Source of the DNA: Gammaproteobacteria bacterium
GTDB lineage: Bacteria; Pseudomonadota; Gammaproteobacteria; Immundisolibacterales; JAKLLR01
NCBI GenBank assembly: GCA_022014175.1
Contig: JAKLLR010000001.1
Coordinates: 1 to 52,434, forward strand
Reading direction: 5' to 3'
Length of the DNA stretch: 52,434 nt
Position numbers and translations under genes: made by a program. The notes under the pieces were generated by a model, which searched no databases, was not told the DNA's origin, and saw only the letters and a list, made by a program, of their open reading frames with translations. Numbering within the stretch: the stretch's first letter is position 1; every line of letters begins with the position of its first letter. This document shows, piece after piece, positions 27,278-39,292 of this stretch.

Positions 27278-28414
27278 CTATTCGAACCAGAGCCGGACCG
27301 AGTCAGAGAGCCGTTCGAACAGGCTGCCCTCTGGCACGGTCTGCAGGGCGATCAGGGGGCGGCGGATTTCGGAGCCATCCGGCAGTTGCAGTTTCAGGCT
27401 GCCAAGAACCTGGTCCCGGGCGACGGGGGCGCTGATCGGTTCGTTGATCTCCATACTGGCCTGCAGCTTGTCGTGCTCTCCCCGGGGCAGGGAGATGTAA
27501 AGATCCCGCGCAAGCCCAAGGCCGATATCGTCCTGGGCGCCCATCCAGATAGCCACCCGGGCCCGCTCTTCGTTGGCCACAAACAGCTTGCGGGTTTCGT
27601 AAAAACGGAAGCCGTAATTCAGCAGTTTCTGGCTCTCTCGGGCCCGATCCCGGGCGCCAGCTGTGCCCATGACCACAGAGATCAGGCGCATGTCATCCTG
27701 ATTTGCGGAGGAGACCAGGCAGTACCCCGCAGCCTCGGTGTAACCGGTCTTCATGCCATCGACCCGGTCGTCCCACCACAACAGCTTGTTGCGGTTGTGC
27801 TGGGTAATGCTGTTGTAGGTGTAGTCTCGCTGTGAGTACCAGGTGTAGTATTCCGGGAACTGTCGGATGATCGCGCTCGCCAGCAGCGCCATATCCCGGG
27901 CGGTGGTGTAGTGGTCCGCTGCGGGCAGGCCGGTGGCGTTGACGAAGTGGCTGCCGCTCATGCCAAGCTGCTCGGCGTAGCGGTTCATGTAATCCGCGAA
28001 GCTATCCTCGCTACCGGCGACAAACTCCGCCAGGGCAACGCTGGCGTCGTTGCCGGATTGAATAATCATGCCTTTCAACAGGGTCTCTACCGGGACCTCT
28101 GTATCCACCTCGACAAAGGTTCGGGAGCCGCCGGTGCGCCAGGCTTTTTCGCTGATTTGAACCGAGTTGTCCAGGGCGATGTGGCCCTGCTTCAGCTCGT
28201 CAAACACCACATAGGCGGTCATTAATTTGGTTAGGCTGGCGGGTTCCACCTGCTTGTCCGCTTCCTGTTCGACCAAAACCTGTCCGGTGGCGTAGTCGAG
28301 CAGCAGATAACTGTCGGCGGCGACGTTCGGCGGTGTCGGCAGGGTGCCTGCCTGGATGATCGTTGTGGTTAGAAGTAACCAGAGCAGGGGCAGTAGTTGT
28401 GGCGGTTTGGACAT
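27278..28414 (-). CDS. dacC: D-alanyl-D-alanine carboxypeptidase (PBP5/6 family)
   Basis: 378 aa with a signal peptide. Motifs: SxxK (PASLTKLMT), SGN (IQSGNDA) and KTG (MKTGYT). Confidence 0.88.
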   Translation of the reverse strand: MSKPPQLLPLLWLLLTTTIIQAGTLPTPPNVAADSYLLLDYATGQVLVEQEADKQVEPASLTKLMTAYVVFDELKQGHIALDNSVQISEKAWRTGGSRTFVEVDTEVPVETLLKGMIIQSGNDASVALAEFVAGSEDSFADYMNRYAEQLGMSGSHFVNATGLPAADHYTTARDMALLASAIIRQFPEYYTWYSQRDYTYNSITQHNRNKLLWWDDRVDGMKTGYTEAAGYCLVSSANQDDMRLISVVMGTAGARDRARESQKLLNYGFRFYETRKLFVANEERARVAIWMGAQDDIGLGLARDLYISLPRGEHDKLQASMEINEPISAPVARDQVLGSLKLQLPDGSEIRRPLIALQTVPEGSLFERLSDSVRLWFE

Positions 28415-28451
28415 GATTGTTTGCGGTTTGCAGAGGGAGGGGGTTAGCGGA

Positions 28452-29270
28452 TCATTCTACAATGACTCGCACTGATTCGTGGCCGAGACCTGTCAGGCGG
28501 GCGCTGGTCTGGTCGGCCGAGGGGACACTTTCGAGGGGGCCGATCTGCACCCGGGAGATCGGTGCGCCCCAAAGCATGTCCCGCTGTATCCGGACCGATG
28601 AAAAGCCCTCTTGCTGGAGGCGATTTTGTAACCGCCGGGCATTTTCTGTATCCCGGAAGGCGCCACCCTGCAGGTCGAGCGCGGCTGAGCCCGTGGCGAC
28701 CGGGGGGGTGACGGGGGGCTGGCCGGGGTTGATGGCGCGGACCTCCACCAGTCCAGTGCCTGCTTCGGCAATGCCCAGTTTGACCGCCGCAGCGTAGGAG
28801 AGATCAATCAGGCGATTGTCGACGAAAGGGCCCCGGTCATTGACCTTGACCACGAGGCTGCGGCCGTTGTTCAGGTTGGTGACCCGGGCGTAGCTGGGCA
28901 GAGGCAGGGTGCGGTGGGCGGCGCTGGCCAGGTACATATCATAGCGTTCGCCGCTGGCGGTGGCCCGACCGTGGAATTTCTGGCCGTACCAGGAGGCGAT
29001 ACCCCGCTCAACATAGTGATTGCCTGAGCTTAGGGGGTGATAGCGGCGGCCATTCACGCTGTAACTGTTGTTGCAGCCACTGCATTTTTTTTCGGCTCTC
29101 GGCTCGGCATCGGAGATGCTGGCCAGATCAAGGTTGGGGTTGTCCGGTGGGCGGTCCCCGGCGAGATAGCCACCGGATTCGCTGTGACCGCCGCCACAGC
29201 CAGCCACCAGTAGCAGCGCGACCGCGAGGGCGAAAAAAACAGCTAGACGGCGGAGTGTAGCTCCCATCAC
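28452..29270 (-). CDS. rlpA: Septal ring lytic transglycosylase RlpA (DPBB + SPOR domains)
   Basis: 272 aa with a lipobox (LLVAGCGG), a DPBB core (ASWYGQKFHGRATASGERYDM…AAHRTLPLPSYARVTNLNNGRSLVVKVNDRGPF) and a C-terminal SPOR-like repeat. Confidence 0.88.
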   Translation of the reverse strand: MMGATLRRLAVFFALAVALLLVAGCGGGHSESGGYLAGDRPPDNPNLDLASISDAEPRAEKKCSGCNNSYSVNGRRYHPLSSGNHYVERGIASWYGQKFHGRATASGERYDMYLASAAHRTLPLPSYARVTNLNNGRSLVVKVNDRGPFVDNRLIDLSYAAAVKLGIAEAGTGLVEVRAINPGQPPVTPPVATGSAALDLQGGAFRDTENARRLQNRLQQEGFSSVRIQRDMLWGAPISRVQIGPLESVPSADQTSARLTGLGHESVRVIVE

Positions 29271-30304
29271 GGGCGCTGCAAGGCACTATGGCGGCCGCGA
29301 TCGAGGGCTTCACTGAGCTGATGAACTGCCATGGCATAGAAGATCGCCCGGTTGTAACGGGTGATCACGTAAAAGTTCTGGCGGGTGGCGTAGTAGGTCG
29401 TTCCCTCGACCGTCTCTAATTTGATCAGAGCTGCGGGTGCGGCGCGTTGTTCTGGTTCTACGCCCTGTAGCTGGTATCCGGCCGCAGGGAAGTCCGCCAG
29501 CGGAGTGTGGGGTTTGACACCCTTTTCCAGCAGGCTCAGGTCCGCATCCGTATCCGCATCCGCTAAAGCGGGGTGCAGCACCGGCTGCCCGGTCTGCCAC
29601 TGGTGTTGCCGGAAGTAGTTGGCCACGCTGCCGATGGCATCGGCGGGGTTGTTCCAGAGATCCCGCTGGCCGTCGCCGTCAAAGTCCACCGCGTACTCCC
29701 GGTAACTGGAGGGGATGAACTGGGGGATTCCCATCGCCCCCGCGTAGGAGCCCTTGATGCTAAGCGGGTCTATGTTCTCCGCCTGGGTCAGCAGTAGAAA
29801 AGCCCGTAGCTCGGCGGTAAAAAATGGCTGCCGACGGGGGGCTCCGGCGAAAGCCAGGGTGCTGAGAGACGCCATCACCTGGTGGCGACCGGCATGGGTG
29901 CCGTAGCGGGTCTCCACTCCGATAATCGCGACAACAAGAGCAGCGGGCACGCCATACTGTTGCTCAGCTTTGGCCAGGGTATCGGCGTGCTGGCGCCAGA
30001 ACGCGAGGCCTTGGGTGATTCTTTGGGGGGTCACGAACAAATCCCGGTACTCTTCCCAGGCCATCGCCTTTTCTGCTGGCCGGGCCATTGCTTCGTTGAT
30101 TTCGGGGCGCAGCTCAACCTGCTTAAAGAGTTCAAGCAGCGCCTGTTGTTCAAAACCCTGTTCATTCACCAGCTCTCCTACTAGCGTGCCGAGGGCAGGG
30201 TATTCCGTCGGCGTGATCGCCTGACTGGCTGGCAGTGTCAGCATTGAGCAGAGCATCATCAGGGCAATGCCTGGGAGCCGGGACAGTCGGGGTTGGGGGT
30301 TCAT
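29267..30304 (-). CDS. mltB: Lytic murein transglycosylase B
   Basis: The ATG at 30304 forms an ATGA overlap with the rodA stop and gives MNPQPRLSRLPGIALMMLCSMLTLPASQA (signal peptide). Also IIGVETRYG…GAMGIPQFIPSSY. The track's longer ORF (start 30499) would overlap rodA. Confidence 0.85.
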   Translation of the reverse strand: MNPQPRLSRLPGIALMMLCSMLTLPASQAITPTEYPALGTLVGELVNEQGFEQQALLELFKQVELRPEINEAMARPAEKAMAWEEYRDLFVTPQRITQGLAFWRQHADTLAKAEQQYGVPAALVVAIIGVETRYGTHAGRHQVMASLSTLAFAGAPRRQPFFTAELRAFLLLTQAENIDPLSIKGSYAGAMGIPQFIPSSYREYAVDFDGDGQRDLWNNPADAIGSVANYFRQHQWQTGQPVLHPALADADTDADLSLLEKGVKPHTPLADFPAAGYQLQGVEPEQRAAPAALIKLETVEGTTYYATRQNFYVITRYNRAIFYAMAVHQLSEALDRGRHSALQRP

Positions 30305-31392
30305 TGGCTCTCTCCGTAAAACATCTGGCGATGGGATTGTATCGACATCAGCAGGCCGAAGCCGATCATCAGGGTCATCATCGAGGTGCCGCCGTAACTG
30401 ATCAGAGGCAGCGGCACGCCCACCACCGGGAGCAGGCCGCTGACCATGCCGATATTGACCAGAATGTAGATGACGAAAGTGAGGGTCAGACTGCCGCATA
30501 GCAGGCGGCCATAGGTCGATTGGGCGGTGGCTGAGATGAAGAAACTGCGACTGACGATGATGCTATAGGTCGCCAGCAGTAGCAGGATGCCGATAAAGCC
30601 ATACTCTTCGGCCAGCACCGCAAAGATGAAATCCGTGGCACTCTCGGGCAGGAATTCCAACTGACTCTGAGTGCCGTTAAGGAAGCCCTTGCCAAACAAT
30701 CCGCCTGAGCCGATGGCGATATTGGACTGGATAATGTGATAACCCGTGCCAAGGGGATCGCTCTCCGGGGAGAGAAAAGTCAGGACCCGTTGTCGCTGGT
30801 AGTCGTGCAGTCGTTGCCAGGCCAGTGGCGCGGCGGCGGCGGCCAGGACGGCGGTGCTGATGATCCAGCGCCAGCGGATGCCGGCGAGAAAGATGACGAT
30901 AAAACCCGAGGCGGAGACCAGTAGAGCCGTACCGAGGTCCGGCTGCCTGAAGATCAGTCCCGCTGGCAGAAGAATCATCAAGGTGGCTACCAGCAGCTCA
31001 TGGAGTCGGGGTGGCAGCTGACGTTCCGCAAAGTACCAGGCGATGGTCATGGGCACCGCCAGTTTCATCAGTTCGGACGGCTGAAAGCGGATTGGCCCCA
31101 CCTGTAGCCAGCGCTGGGCGCCCTTGCCGACATCCCCGACCACCGCGACCGCGATCAGCAGTAGCAGGCCAGCCAGGTAGAGATAGGGGGACCAGCGCAG
31201 CAGCAGTGTCGGGGGCAGTTGAGCGACGGCAACCATCACCAATACCGCTATGAGCCAGCGGTTGCCCTGGGCCTGCAGCTGCGCCATGTCTCCGCCACTG
31301 GCGCTCAGGGCGGCGAGCAGGCTGATGCTACAGAGCAGCAGCAGGCCCAGGGCCAGCAGCCAGTCAGCGCGAATCCGTGGCAATCGATTCAC
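30301..31392 (-). CDS. rodA: Peptidoglycan glycosyltransferase RodA (SEDS family)
   Basis: 363-aa polytopic protein, FQPSELMKLAVP…TDFIFAVLAEEYGFIG…PLPLISYGGTSM. Confidence 0.92.
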   Translation of the reverse strand: MNRLPRIRADWLLALGLLLLCSISLLAALSASGGDMAQLQAQGNRWLIAVLVMVAVAQLPPTLLLRWSPYLYLAGLLLLIAVAVVGDVGKGAQRWLQVGPIRFQPSELMKLAVPMTIAWYFAERQLPPRLHELLVATLMILLPAGLIFRQPDLGTALLVSASGFIVIFLAGIRWRWIISTAVLAAAAAPLAWQRLHDYQRQRVLTFLSPESDPLGTGYHIIQSNIAIGSGGLFGKGFLNGTQSQLEFLPESATDFIFAVLAEEYGFIGILLLLATYSIIVSRSFFISATAQSTYGRLLCGSLTLTFVIYILVNIGMVSGLLPVVGVPLPLISYGGTSMMTLMIGFGLLMSIQSHRQMFYGESQ

Positions 31393-33212
31393 AAACCGAG
31401 CCTGGGCAACAGGTAGGCATCCAGGGTCGCCCGGGCCACCGGGCCAGCCGCCGAGCCGCCGTGGCCACCGTTCTCCACGACCACAGCAACCGCGATGCGG
31501 GGGTCTTCAACCGGAGCAAAAGCGATGAAGAGGGCGTGATCCTTGAGCCGCTCCGCCAGCTCCTCCTCCTCATACTCCTCTCCCTGGGGAATGCCGAAGA
31601 CCTGCGCAGTGCCGGTTTTAGCCGCCATGGTGTAGGCGAGATCTGTGCTCAGGATGTGAGCGGTGCCCCGGGGGTGGGAGACCACCATCTCCATCGCATC
31701 AACGATCTGTTGCCAGTTGTCTTCATCCCAGGCCGGAGCCGGTGCCGGGGGGGGTGAGGGCGTCGCGGAATCCAGTACCACCGTGGGACGAAGCCCCGGA
31801 TTGCGTCGGCTAAGCATGGCGGTGGCCGTTGCCAGCTGCAGCGGCGTAGCCAACATGAAACCCTGACCAATGCCGTTGATTACGGACTCTCCCGGGTACC
31901 AGGCCACCCCGAAATGAGCCTCCTTCCATGCTCTTGACGGGTTAAGCCCCGGATTCTCCCCAGGCAGCTCAATCCCGGTTTTCCGGCCAAAATCGAATCC
32001 GGCAAGGAAGTCATGCATGGCATCAATGCCCAGTACGCTGGCCAGGCGGTAGAAGTAGACATCGCAGGAGCGGATGATGGCCATGTCCAGATCCAGATTG
32101 CCGTGGCCCCCGCGCTTCCAGCAGCGGTACTTGTGGCTCTGCCCCTCCAGCTGAAACCAGCCCGGGCAATAGGTGGTGTGGATTGCGTTGCCGGACTGCA
32201 GTGTCAGGCCGGCGAAGCCGAGAAAGGGCTTGATGGTTGAACCCGGGGGGTAACGACCGCGGATAGCCCGGTTGTAGAGTGGCTGATTCGGCGAGTTGAT
32301 CAGTGCCTGATAGTCGTTGGTGGAGATTCCCCGAACGAAGTTGTTGGGATTAAAGCTGGGGGTGCTGACCAGGGCCAGAATGCCGCCGTCGGTAGCATCG
32401 ATGGCCACCACCGCCCCGCGCCGATCACCCAGGGCTTCAGTGGCTGCCCGCTGTACATCCAGATCCAGGGTCAGACGCAGCATCTGACCGGATTTCGGGG
32501 GTTGCTGCTCCAGTACCCGCAGGCTGCGGCCCCGGGCATTGACCTCAACCTGCTGCAGCCCCGGCTGGCCGTGCAGGGTCGCCTCAAACTGTCGCTCCAC
32601 CCCGGATTTGCCGATGGTGTGGGTCGCGCGATAGACGCTGCGTTCCAGTTCGGCCAGCTCCTTGGCATTGATTGCGCTGGTATAGCCGAGCAGGTGTGCG
32701 GTCAGCTCCGCATAGGGGTAGTGTCGGTAGAGCGTGCCCTGAATATCCACACCCGGAAAGCGGTGACGCTGGGTGGCAAACCGGGCGGCCTCTTCTTCAC
32801 TCAGCCAGCGTTTCAGGGGTACCCGGTCAAACCGGCGTTTCTGCTTGCGAATCGAGTCGAAATGGTCCAGCTCTTCGGCGGTGAGACCAAACATCTGCGC
32901 CAGCTGTTCCAGGGTGTCGGGCAGGTCTGGTACCTGGTCCGGCACGATCCCAAGGCTGAGACTTGAGCGGTTTTCCGCCAGCACCCGGTCGAAACGGTCG
33001 ACGATCAGCCCGCGGGTGGGGGGCAGGGGTTCCAGGTTGATCCGGTTTGCCCGGGAGAGGGTCTGGTAGTGAGCGTGGTTGGTAATCTGCAGGTGGTGGA
33101 GGCGACCGATCAGGGCGCTGACGCCGACCAGACTCAGCAGCAGGGTAATCAATAACCTGCGACGATAGAGTCGACGTTCGCCCTGGTGATCCTTGATGGT
33201 GGTCCGGACCAT
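31389..33212 (-). CDS. mrdA: Penicillin-binding protein 2 (elongasome transpeptidase)
   Basis: 607 aa. Motifs: PPGSTIKP (SxxK), SCD (SxN/D-like) and KTGTAQ. Confidence 0.92.
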   Translation of the reverse strand: MVRTTIKDHQGERRLYRRRLLITLLLSLVGVSALIGRLHHLQITNHAHYQTLSRANRINLEPLPPTRGLIVDRFDRVLAENRSSLSLGIVPDQVPDLPDTLEQLAQMFGLTAEELDHFDSIRKQKRRFDRVPLKRWLSEEEAARFATQRHRFPGVDIQGTLYRHYPYAELTAHLLGYTSAINAKELAELERSVYRATHTIGKSGVERQFEATLHGQPGLQQVEVNARGRSLRVLEQQPPKSGQMLRLTLDLDVQRAATEALGDRRGAVVAIDATDGGILALVSTPSFNPNNFVRGISTNDYQALINSPNQPLYNRAIRGRYPPGSTIKPFLGFAGLTLQSGNAIHTTYCPGWFQLEGQSHKYRCWKRGGHGNLDLDMAIIRSCDVYFYRLASVLGIDAMHDFLAGFDFGRKTGIELPGENPGLNPSRAWKEAHFGVAWYPGESVINGIGQGFMLATPLQLATATAMLSRRNPGLRPTVVLDSATPSPPPAPAPAWDEDNWQQIVDAMEMVVSHPRGTAHILSTDLAYTMAAKTGTAQVFGIPQGEEYEEEELAERLKDHALFIAFAPVEDPRIAVAVVVENGGHGGSAAGPVARATLDAYLLPRLGL

Positions 33213-33215
33213 GGT

Positions 33216-33701
33216 TCAGTGCAGTTGAGCCCGCCGCCGCCACGCGCGCATCAGCAGAAAAAACGGCGCCCAGACCAGACTGGATATCAGGGTTGGCCAC
33301 CAGTAGCTGGAGGCGACCATCAGCTGGTTGCCCAGAATACCTTCAATCCAGTAGACCACCATCTGCTGGATCATCAGTGCCAGCAGCACGTAAGCGCTCT
33401 GCTGAATCAGCGGATAGACCCGGATCTGCCTGTGCAGCATGATGCTGATGTAAGCCAGCAGTAGATAGGAGAGAGCGTGCTGGCCCAGAATGCCGCCGTG
33501 CAGGATGTCGCTGGCGAGACCGCAGCTCCAGGCGACACCGACGCCAACCCGGTTGGGCATGGCCAGGCACCAGTAGAGCAGGGTCATTGGTACCCAGAGG
33601 GGTCTAAAGGGGCCGAGTCCGCCGGGCAGCGGCATGCTGGCGAGCACGAATGCTGCCAACAGGCTGATCAGAATGGCGCTGTTACCCCGGATCCCGAACA
33701 C
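33216..33701 (-). CDS. mreD: Rod shape-determining protein MreD
   Basis: 161-aa hydrophobic protein directly after mreC. The GTG start overlaps the mreC stop by 1 nt. Confidence 0.85.
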   Translation of the reverse strand: MFGIRGNSAILISLLAAFVLASMPLPGGLGPFRPLWVPMTLLYWCLAMPNRVGVGVAWSCGLASDILHGGILGQHALSYLLLAYISIMLHRQIRVYPLIQQSAYVLLALMIQQMVVYWIEGILGNQLMVASSYWWPTLISSLVWAPFFLLMRAWRRRAQLH

Positions 33702-34579
33702 TAGTCATTGTCCCCGGTCGTTTCTGGCGGTTCCGGGGGGTCCTCAGCGGGGGCCTTCTCAGGCCATAACAGCAGGACTTCGTGTATCCGCTCCAGTTCG
33801 CTGGTTGGCGCGGCGGTGACCCGGGCAAAAGGGTGTCCGGGGTTGCGGGTGACCCCGTCCACCCGCCCCACCGGGAAGCCCGAGGGAAAAACCCCGCCGA
33901 GGCCTGAGGTTACCAGCAGATCTCCCGGTTCCAGATCCACGGTGTTGGGCAGAAATGGCAGGTTCAACTGGTTGCTCTGGCCAGTACCAATGGCCAGGGC
34001 GGTGACCCCGTTGCGGTTGTTTTTGACCGGTATGGCGTGGCTGGGGTCAGTAATCAGCAGGGCTTCGCTGGCGAAGGGGCTCACATGTACCACCTGGCCG
34101 ACGATGCCTTTAGCGTTGAGCAGGGGTTGGCCGGGGTAGACCCCCAGGTTGCTGCCTTTGTTGAGTTGAATGCTGTGGCTGAAGTGATCGAGTTCGATCC
34201 CCATGATGCGGGCGATCAGCACGCGCTGGGCATTTTCCAGGCGGAAAGCGGAGCCGAGCAGGTTGCTCAGTCGCAGATTTTCGGCGGAGAGGGCATTGTA
34301 CTGCTGCACTTGCAGGTTCAGCAGCAGATTCTCTCGCCTCAGATCATGGTTCTCGCTCTGCAGCCGCTGGTTGGTGCGCAGGCTCTGGCCGAACCAGTTG
34401 AAGACGCGGCCCGGCAGTTCGGCGGTGTAGGTGACCGGCAAAAGCAGGGTCTGCAGGCTGGCGCGGGTGGCCTCTAGCCGCTGATAGCGGTGATCCAGGG
34501 TCATCAGGGCGACGGATGCCACCAGCAGCAGCCCCAGCCGGATGGTTACAGAGGGCCCCCGCCTGAACATCGGGCTCAA
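33701..34579 (-). CDS. mreC: Rod shape-determining protein MreC
   Basis: 292 aa with an N-terminal TM segment, a coiled coil (ENHDLRRENLLLNLQVQQYNALSAEN) and beta-barrel domains (VTSGLGGVFPSGFPVGRV). Confidence 0.9.
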   Translation of the reverse strand: MSPMFRRGPSVTIRLGLLLVASVALMTLDHRYQRLEATRASLQTLLLPVTYTAELPGRVFNWFGQSLRTNQRLQSENHDLRRENLLLNLQVQQYNALSAENLRLSNLLGSAFRLENAQRVLIARIMGIELDHFSHSIQLNKGSNLGVYPGQPLLNAKGIVGQVVHVSPFASEALLITDPSHAIPVKNNRNGVTALAIGTGQSNQLNLPFLPNTVDLEPGDLLVTSGLGGVFPSGFPVGRVDGVTRNPGHPFARVTAAPTSELERIHEVLLLWPEKAPAEDPPEPPETTGDND

Positions 34580-34643
34580 CCGATCTCCCCCCTCACGTGA
34601 GCTTTTCCAGTGTCAGACCCACCGCGATCAGCCTGCCAGCTGT

Positions 34644-36104
<1,461 letters not shown>

Positions 36105-36125
36105 GGATGTCTGCGAGCGGCTGTG

Positions 36126-37595
36126 ATGTTTGACCTCTCTCTGACCGAGACCGCCGCAGCCCTTCGGGCCCGCACTTTTTCCAGTGAGGAGCTGACCCGC
36201 GAGTCGTTTCAACGGATAGCGCGGCTGAATCCGGCGTTAAACGCGATGATTACTCCGGCTGAAGAGTCGGCGCTGGCCGCGGCCCGGGCAGCGGATGCCC
36301 GTATCGCGGCAGGTGATGCGGTGGCCCTGACCGGTATTCCGTTACTGCACAAGGATATTTTCTGTACTCGCGGCCTGCGAACCAGCTGTGGTTCACGGAT
36401 GCTGGATAACTTCATCGCGCCCTACGACGCCACGGTGGTCACGCGACTGGCTGAGGCCGGTATGGTGACACTGGGTAAGGCAAATATGGATGAGTTCGCC
36501 ATGGGCTCATCCAACGAGACCTCCTTTTACGGCCCGGTGAAAAACCCCTGGGATCTTGAGCGGGTGCCCGGGGGCAGCTCCGGTGGTTCCGCAGCGGCGG
36601 TGGCTGCAGGCCTGGTGCCAGCCGCCACCGGCACCGATACCGGCGGCTCGATTCGCCAGCCAGCGGCGCTGTGTGGCATTACCGGGCTTAAACCGACCTA
36701 TGGCCGGGTCTCCCGCTGGGGCATGATTGCCTTTGCCTCGTCGCTGGATCAGGCCGGGCCGATGGCTCGAAGCGCGGCAGATGCCGCGTTGCTGTTACAG
36801 GCGATGGCCGGATTTGATCCCAGGGACTCCACCAGCGTTGACCAACCCGTGCCGGACTACTTCAGCGGTCTTGGCCAGGCTCTCCGGGGCCTGCGGGTCG
36901 GTCTGCCGAAAGAGTATTTCGGTGAGGGTCTCGATCCGGCTGTGGCGCGGGTGCTTGAGGGGGCAATTGAAGAGTATCGTCGTCTCGGCGTGGAGTTCGT
37001 GGAGATCTCGCTGCCGAACAGTGGCCTGGTGGTGCCGGTGTATTATGTGGTTGCACCGGCAGAGTGTTCGTCCAACCTCTCCCGTTTTGACGGCGTGCGG
37101 TATGGCTACCGGGCGGACAGTCCGGTGGATCTTGAGGATCTCTATACCCGCTCTCGAGGTGAGGGTTTCGGGGCCGAGGTGAAGCGGCGGATCATGACTG
37201 GCACCTATGCCCTCTCCGCCGGCTATTACGACGCCTACTATTTGAAGGCCCAGCAGCTTCGTCGCCTGATCCGGGATGATTTCCAGCGGGTGTTTGAGGA
37301 TGTGGATCTGATTGCCAGCCCCACCGCCCCGAGCACCGCGTTTCGTCTCGGCGAGAAGCAGCAGGACCCGGTGGCGATGTACCTCTCCGACATCTACACC
37401 ATTGCCGCCAACCTGGCCGGGCTGCCGGCACTCTCTCACCCCGCCGGGTTTGCCGACGGCTTGCCGGTGGGTCTGCAGCTGATCGGACCCCACTTTGACG
37501 AAGGGCGCTTGCTGAACGTGGCTCACGCCTATCAGCAGGTGACCGACTGGCACCTGCGGCGTCCCCCCGAAACCGCTATTGCCGACGGTGTCTGA
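36126..37595 (+). CDS. gatA: Asp/Glu-tRNA(Asn/Gln) amidotransferase subunit A
   Basis: Amidase signature [14 protein letters not shown]…[11 protein letters not shown]. The ATG at 36126 is preferred; the GTG at 36123 is also possible. Confidence 0.93.
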   Translation: MFDLSLTETAAALRARTFSSEELTRESFQRIARLNPALNAMITPAEESALAAARAADARIAAGDAVALTGIPLLHKDIFCTRGLRTSCGSRMLDNFIAPYDATVVTRLAEAGMVTLGKANMDEFAMGSSNETSFYGPVKNPWDLERVPGGSSGGSAAAVAAGLVPAATGTDTGGSIRQPAALCGITGLKPTYGRVSRWGMIAFASSLDQAGPMARSAADAALLLQAMAGFDPRDSTSVDQPVPDYFSGLGQALRGLRVGLPKEYFGEGLDPAVARVLEGAIEEYRRLGVEFVEISLPNSGLVVPVYYVVAPAECSSNLSRFDGVRYGYRADSPVDLEDLYTRSRGEGFGAEVKRRIMTGTYALSAGYYDAYYLKAQQLRRLIRDDFQRVFEDVDLIASPTAPSTAFRLGEKQQDPVAMYLSDIYTIAANLAGLPALSHPAGFADGLPVGLQLIGPHFDEGRLLNVAHAYQQVTDWHLRRPPETAIADGV

Positions 37596-37596
37596 G

Positions 37597-39033
37597 ATGG
37601 CTTGGGAGACTGTTATCGGCCTTGAGGTTCATGTGCAGCTGGCGACCAGGACCAAGCTCTTCTCGCCGGTGAGTACCGCCTACGGGGCGGAGCCAAATAC
37701 CCAGGCCGGAATGATTGATCTGGCTATGCCCGGGGTGTTGCCGGTGTTGAATCAGCGGGCAGTGGAGCTGGCGGCCCGGTTTGCTCTGGCCATCGGCGCA
37801 GAGATTGATCGCCATTCGGTGTTTGCCCGCAAGAATTACTTTTATCCTGACCTGCCGAAGGGGTACCAGATCAGCCAGTACGAGCGGCCGATTGTGCAGC
37901 AGGGCCATCTGGACATCCTGCTGGAGAGCGGCGAGATCAAACGGATCGGCGTGACCCGGGCTCATCTGGAAGAGGATGCGGGCAAATCCCTGCACGAAGA
38001 TTTCCACGGTTTGACCGGGGTTGATCTCAACCGGGCCGGCACGCCGCTGCTGGAGATCGTCTCTGAGCCGGATATGCGTAGCGCTGCCGAAGCGGTGGCC
38101 TACATGAAGAAGCTACACAGCCTGGTGCGTTATATCGGTATCAGTGACGGCAACATGCAGGAGGGTTCGTTCAGGTGTGACGCCAATGTCTCGGTTCGGC
38201 CGCTGGGAGAAACCCGGCTGGGCACCCGCACAGAGCTGAAAAACATCAACTCCTTCCGGTTTGTCGAGCGGGCCATCATCATTGAGGCGGAGCGACAGAT
38301 TGATCTGCTGGAAGGGGGCGGCCAGGTGATACAGCAGACCCGGCTGTTTGATCCAGATGCGGATGAGACCCGACCGATGCGAACCAAGGAAGAGGCTAAC
38401 GACTACCGTTATTTCCCGGATCCGGATCTATTGCCGGTAACGGTCTCCGATGCGGTGATTGAAGCGGCCCGGGCCGCCTTACCGGAGTTACCGGAGGCCC
38501 GCAGGAGCCGGTTTGTCGAGGCTCTGGGGCTGAGTGCCTATGATGCGGATGTGCTGACGGAGAGCCGGGCGCTGGCGGACTACTTCGAGACCGCCCTGGC
38601 TGCGGTGCCCGGGGATGCCAAGCTGGCCGCCAACTGGGTGATGGGTGAGGTGCTGGCCGGACTGAACCGGGCAGCGCTTGAGATTAACGCCTGCCCGGTC
38701 TCCGCCGAAGCGCTGGGTGGTCTGCTCCGCCGGATTCAGGACGGTACGCTCTCGGGCAAGCTCGCGAAAACGGTGTTTGAGGCGATCTGGGACGGTGAAG
38801 GTGATGCGGATACCATCATTGACGTCCGGGGGCTGCGTCAGGTTACCGATGAAGGGGCGATTCTGGCGCTGGTTGAACAGGTGGTCAACGAACACCCGGA
38901 GCAGGTGGCCCAGTATCAGGGGGGTGCCCAGAAAGTTCTGGGGTTCTTCGTCGGTCAGGTGATGAAACTGTCGAAGGGTAAGGCCAATCCCGGGCAGGTG
39001 AACGCCCTGCTGCGCAAGAGGCTGGATAGCTAA
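37597..39033 (+). CDS. gatB: Asp/Glu-tRNA(Asn/Gln) amidotransferase subunit B
   Basis: [23 protein letters not shown]… The ATG at 37597 lies 1 nt after the gatA stop. The track start at 37579 overlaps gatA. Confidence 0.93.
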   Translation: MAWETVIGLEVHVQLATRTKLFSPVSTAYGAEPNTQAGMIDLAMPGVLPVLNQRAVELAARFALAIGAEIDRHSVFARKNYFYPDLPKGYQISQYERPIVQQGHLDILLESGEIKRIGVTRAHLEEDAGKSLHEDFHGLTGVDLNRAGTPLLEIVSEPDMRSAAEAVAYMKKLHSLVRYIGISDGNMQEGSFRCDANVSVRPLGETRLGTRTELKNINSFRFVERAIIIEAERQIDLLEGGGQVIQQTRLFDPDADETRPMRTKEEANDYRYFPDPDLLPVTVSDAVIEAARAALPELPEARRSRFVEALGLSAYDADVLTESRALADYFETALAAVPGDAKLAANWVMGEVLAGLNRAALEINACPVSAEALGGLLRRIQDGTLSGKLAKTVFEAIWDGEGDADTIIDVRGLRQVTDEGAILALVEQVVNEHPEQVAQYQGGAQKVLGFFVGQVMKLSKGKANPGQVNALLRKRLDS

Positions 39034-39050
39034 CCGGCTGTCGGCGCTCC

Positions 39051-39266
39051 CTAGCCGTGGTGGTGAGCCGGTTTCTGTTCGAAATTCCTGAGCCGATAGA
39101 GGGTGCCGCAGTAGGGACAAAGCTCCTCGCCGCTCTCATCAATCGGCAGAAAGACCCGGGGGTGGGCGTTCCACTGAGTCATGCCGGGCATGGGGCAGTG
39201 CAGGGGCACATCGTCCCAGCTGATTTCAACAGTAGATGCCGGGCTGGTGGTCTGCCTGTCAGTCAT
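39051..39266 (-). CDS. Small zinc-finger (CHCC-type) domain protein
   Basis: MTDRQTTSPASTVEISWDDVPLHCPMPGMTQWNAHPRVFLPIDESGEELCPYCGTLYRL. The C/H…CxxC arrangement is seen directly. The track's start at 39311 would overlap ilvE. Confidence 0.6.
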   Translation of the reverse strand: MTDRQTTSPASTVEISWDDVPLHCPMPGMTQWNAHPRVFLPIDESGEELCPYCGTLYRLRNFEQKPAHHHG

Positions 39267-39292
39267 CGTACGCTCCAGAGCCCTGTGGGCTT